Below, one piece after another: positions 62,341-64,000 of a stretch of DNA of 64,000 bases (its first letter is position 1; each line of letters starts with the position of its first letter). Under the pieces are notes generated by a model. The model was not told the origin of the DNA, did not search any database, and saw only the letters and a program-made list of their open reading frames with translations. The position numbers were made by a program, and so were the translations under genes. Origin of the DNA: Dicyema japonicum. Taxonomy: Eukaryota; Animalia; Dicyemida. The stretch lies in assembly GCA_011109175.1 (NCBI GenBank), contig RDEW01000005.1, positions 1,484,657-1,548,656 on the forward strand, in the 5' to 3' direction.

Positions 62341-62399
62341 GAAATGTTGAAAATGCAAAAATTTAGAGAAAAATCACAAAACAAGAAAATATTAGCTAG

Positions 62400-63752
62400 C
62401 TAAATCTTTTTCTTCTTTTGTAGACCAGCACCAGCATTAAACTTAAATAGAATAATGTCTCCATCCTCGACTGAATAGTCTCGCCCTCTTTGGACTGTTT
62501 TGCAGTCATTCTCCAAATCAGACACAGAAGCTTTCAAGTCCTCGAATTTTGTCACCTCGGCCATAATAAACCCTTTCTCCATATCTGTATGAATTCTTCC
62601 CGCTGCCTGAGGTGACTTGGTCCCAGCCTAAATTCAAAAAGTAAACAAACGTGAATGGTCCAACACTTCACCTCGTCACTTCCCGTAGTGAAGAAGTGAT
62701 GTAGCCCCATTGTGAGATATCCCTGCTTTATTATCCGAGACATTGCACTGAATAATGATTTACGAGAACAAACTGACTGAGTTGGGGGGGAGTTCCTTCA
62801 TCTTCCGCTTTTTGGAGCATATTCGACTCCATGGTGGCTGAAAATGGAGCAACGTGGCTCCAGGATCTTTCTCGTCGATCTCAGCTTTAAGTTTCTTTAG
62901 CCTTAAAATTAGCAAACTTGAGGACCATTTGTTCTTTCCCCTCGAAAAGTCTCCTTCAGACATATTTACTAGGTAAATCACCGGCTTGGCTGTCAGGAAC
63001 TGTTGCTTGTTAATGACCTCGACCTAAAAAATAACCTCAATTGTAGCCTCTTTGTTCAACCATGTCAGAGACCGCAGGTTTTTTCCTTCTTCAAGAAATT
63101 GCTTGATTTTCGTTAAAGTTTCCTAAAATAATGAATAAATAAACAAATTCCATCTTGGCAGTCTGATTATTCCCCCTTATTGCTTTTTCTAGGGCAACTA
63201 TAGACTTTTCCGCCATCTGAATGTCCTTCTGGATCAGCTCATTGGATATGATCTCCAAATCCCTTACGGGGTCAACGTCCCCCTCTGTATGTGAGATTTC
63301 TTCGTCTTCAAAAACCCCCAAAATGAGAAAGAACCAAACTAATGATGTTGAATATGCCATCACACGCTCTAATGTGGGAGAGAAATGCATTTCCCAATCC
63401 TTCCCCCGTATGAGCTCCTCTAACAAGTCCAGCAATGTCAGTTACTTTAAGGTAAGCGGGCACTTTACTGATTGTCAATGGAAAAATAACCTATGAGGAC
63501 GATAGTGCTGACATAACCAGTCAAATCTCTCATCCGGGACGGGAACTCTCCCTTCGGTAGGATCTATCGTGCAAAAGGGTAGTTCTCTGAGGGGACATTA
63601 TTGTGAGTGAGGACGTTGAAGAAAGATGATTTGCTAAGGTAAACCAAAACAGTTTACCCAACGTTAGGGAGACCGACGACACCCATTTTTAGACTATGGC
63701 CAACTCTTCCTAAGAATACGAGCTTTTCTGGTTCCTTCTTTTTTGGTGGCAT
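62400..63752 (-). CDS. OLA1: Obg-like ATPase OLA1/YchF, multi-exon, with apparent indels and two atypical splice sites
   Basis: [83 protein letters not shown]. Confidence 0.92.
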
Positions 63753-64000
63753 TTCTGAGAATTACAAAAACCACGTTATTTCGTAATTTGAAATAACTTT
63801 TATTAATTTTTTATTTGATATTATAAAATGTAAACTTATTAATTTTTGAATTAATCCAAGGAAGGAACCAAAGGGAGAACATCTTCTTGTGCCGACCAAA
63901 TCCATCTTCCAATACTTCATTACAGGCTTTCCGATTCTATTTTCTTCAGTTCATGTAATTAACTGGTGTTTAGGTAACTGCTAATAATTATTAGAGGCAT

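Noticed and set aside
49554-63752. Insertional RNA editing or programmed frameshifting as the cause of broken frames
   Set aside because: The sites share no motif, include an apparent extra base and intronic lesions, and are confined to one region. Sequencing error or decay explains them better.
2752-63752. Functional clustering of ribosome-related loci (RRP8, CEBPZ, NOG1 relic, OLA1, LSU relic)
   Set aside because: They are interspersed with unrelated genes and TEs. Reduced genomes are enriched for such housekeeping genes, so chance is sufficient.
1-64000. CRISPR arrays or prokaryotic operons
   Set aside because: No regularly spaced repeat-spacer array was seen, and the gene content and introns are eukaryotic.

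Overview
AT-rich eukaryotic nuclear DNA, read by eye without database searches. It carries about 11 host genes: RRP8, a plastin/fimbrin, CEBPZ/NOC1, a SUV39H-type H3K9 methyltransferase, YEATS4, EMC8/9, MLH3, OLA1, a TSP1+Ig transmembrane protein and two orphans. It also has a NOG1 pseudogene and a decayed LSU rRNA fragment. Almost all introns I could resolve are 19-30 nt (mostly 21-25). Together with the animal-type TSP1/Ig gene, this suggests a reduced animal parasite such as a myxozoan or dicyemid (inference only). The intergenic space is full of decayed mobile elements: APE-type LINEs, R4- and CRE-like RLE retroelements, hAT, Tigger/pogo, Merlin, integrase remnants and a tRNA-SINE. The most interesting signal is a 52-76 nt RNA motif present in about 10 copies. 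It has covarying stems in HDV-ribozyme double-pseudoknot order but a non-canonical core. It heads two single-ORF LINEs (in one, its AUG reads through a P2A-like peptide into the endonuclease) and a family of ~200-300 bp head+tail non-autonomous elements, several of which sit in sense just downstream of host genes. This resembles the trypanosome L1Tc/NARTc and ingi/RIME design. Genes beyond ~49.5 kb contain several 1-nt indels in homopolymers, most likely consensus errors.
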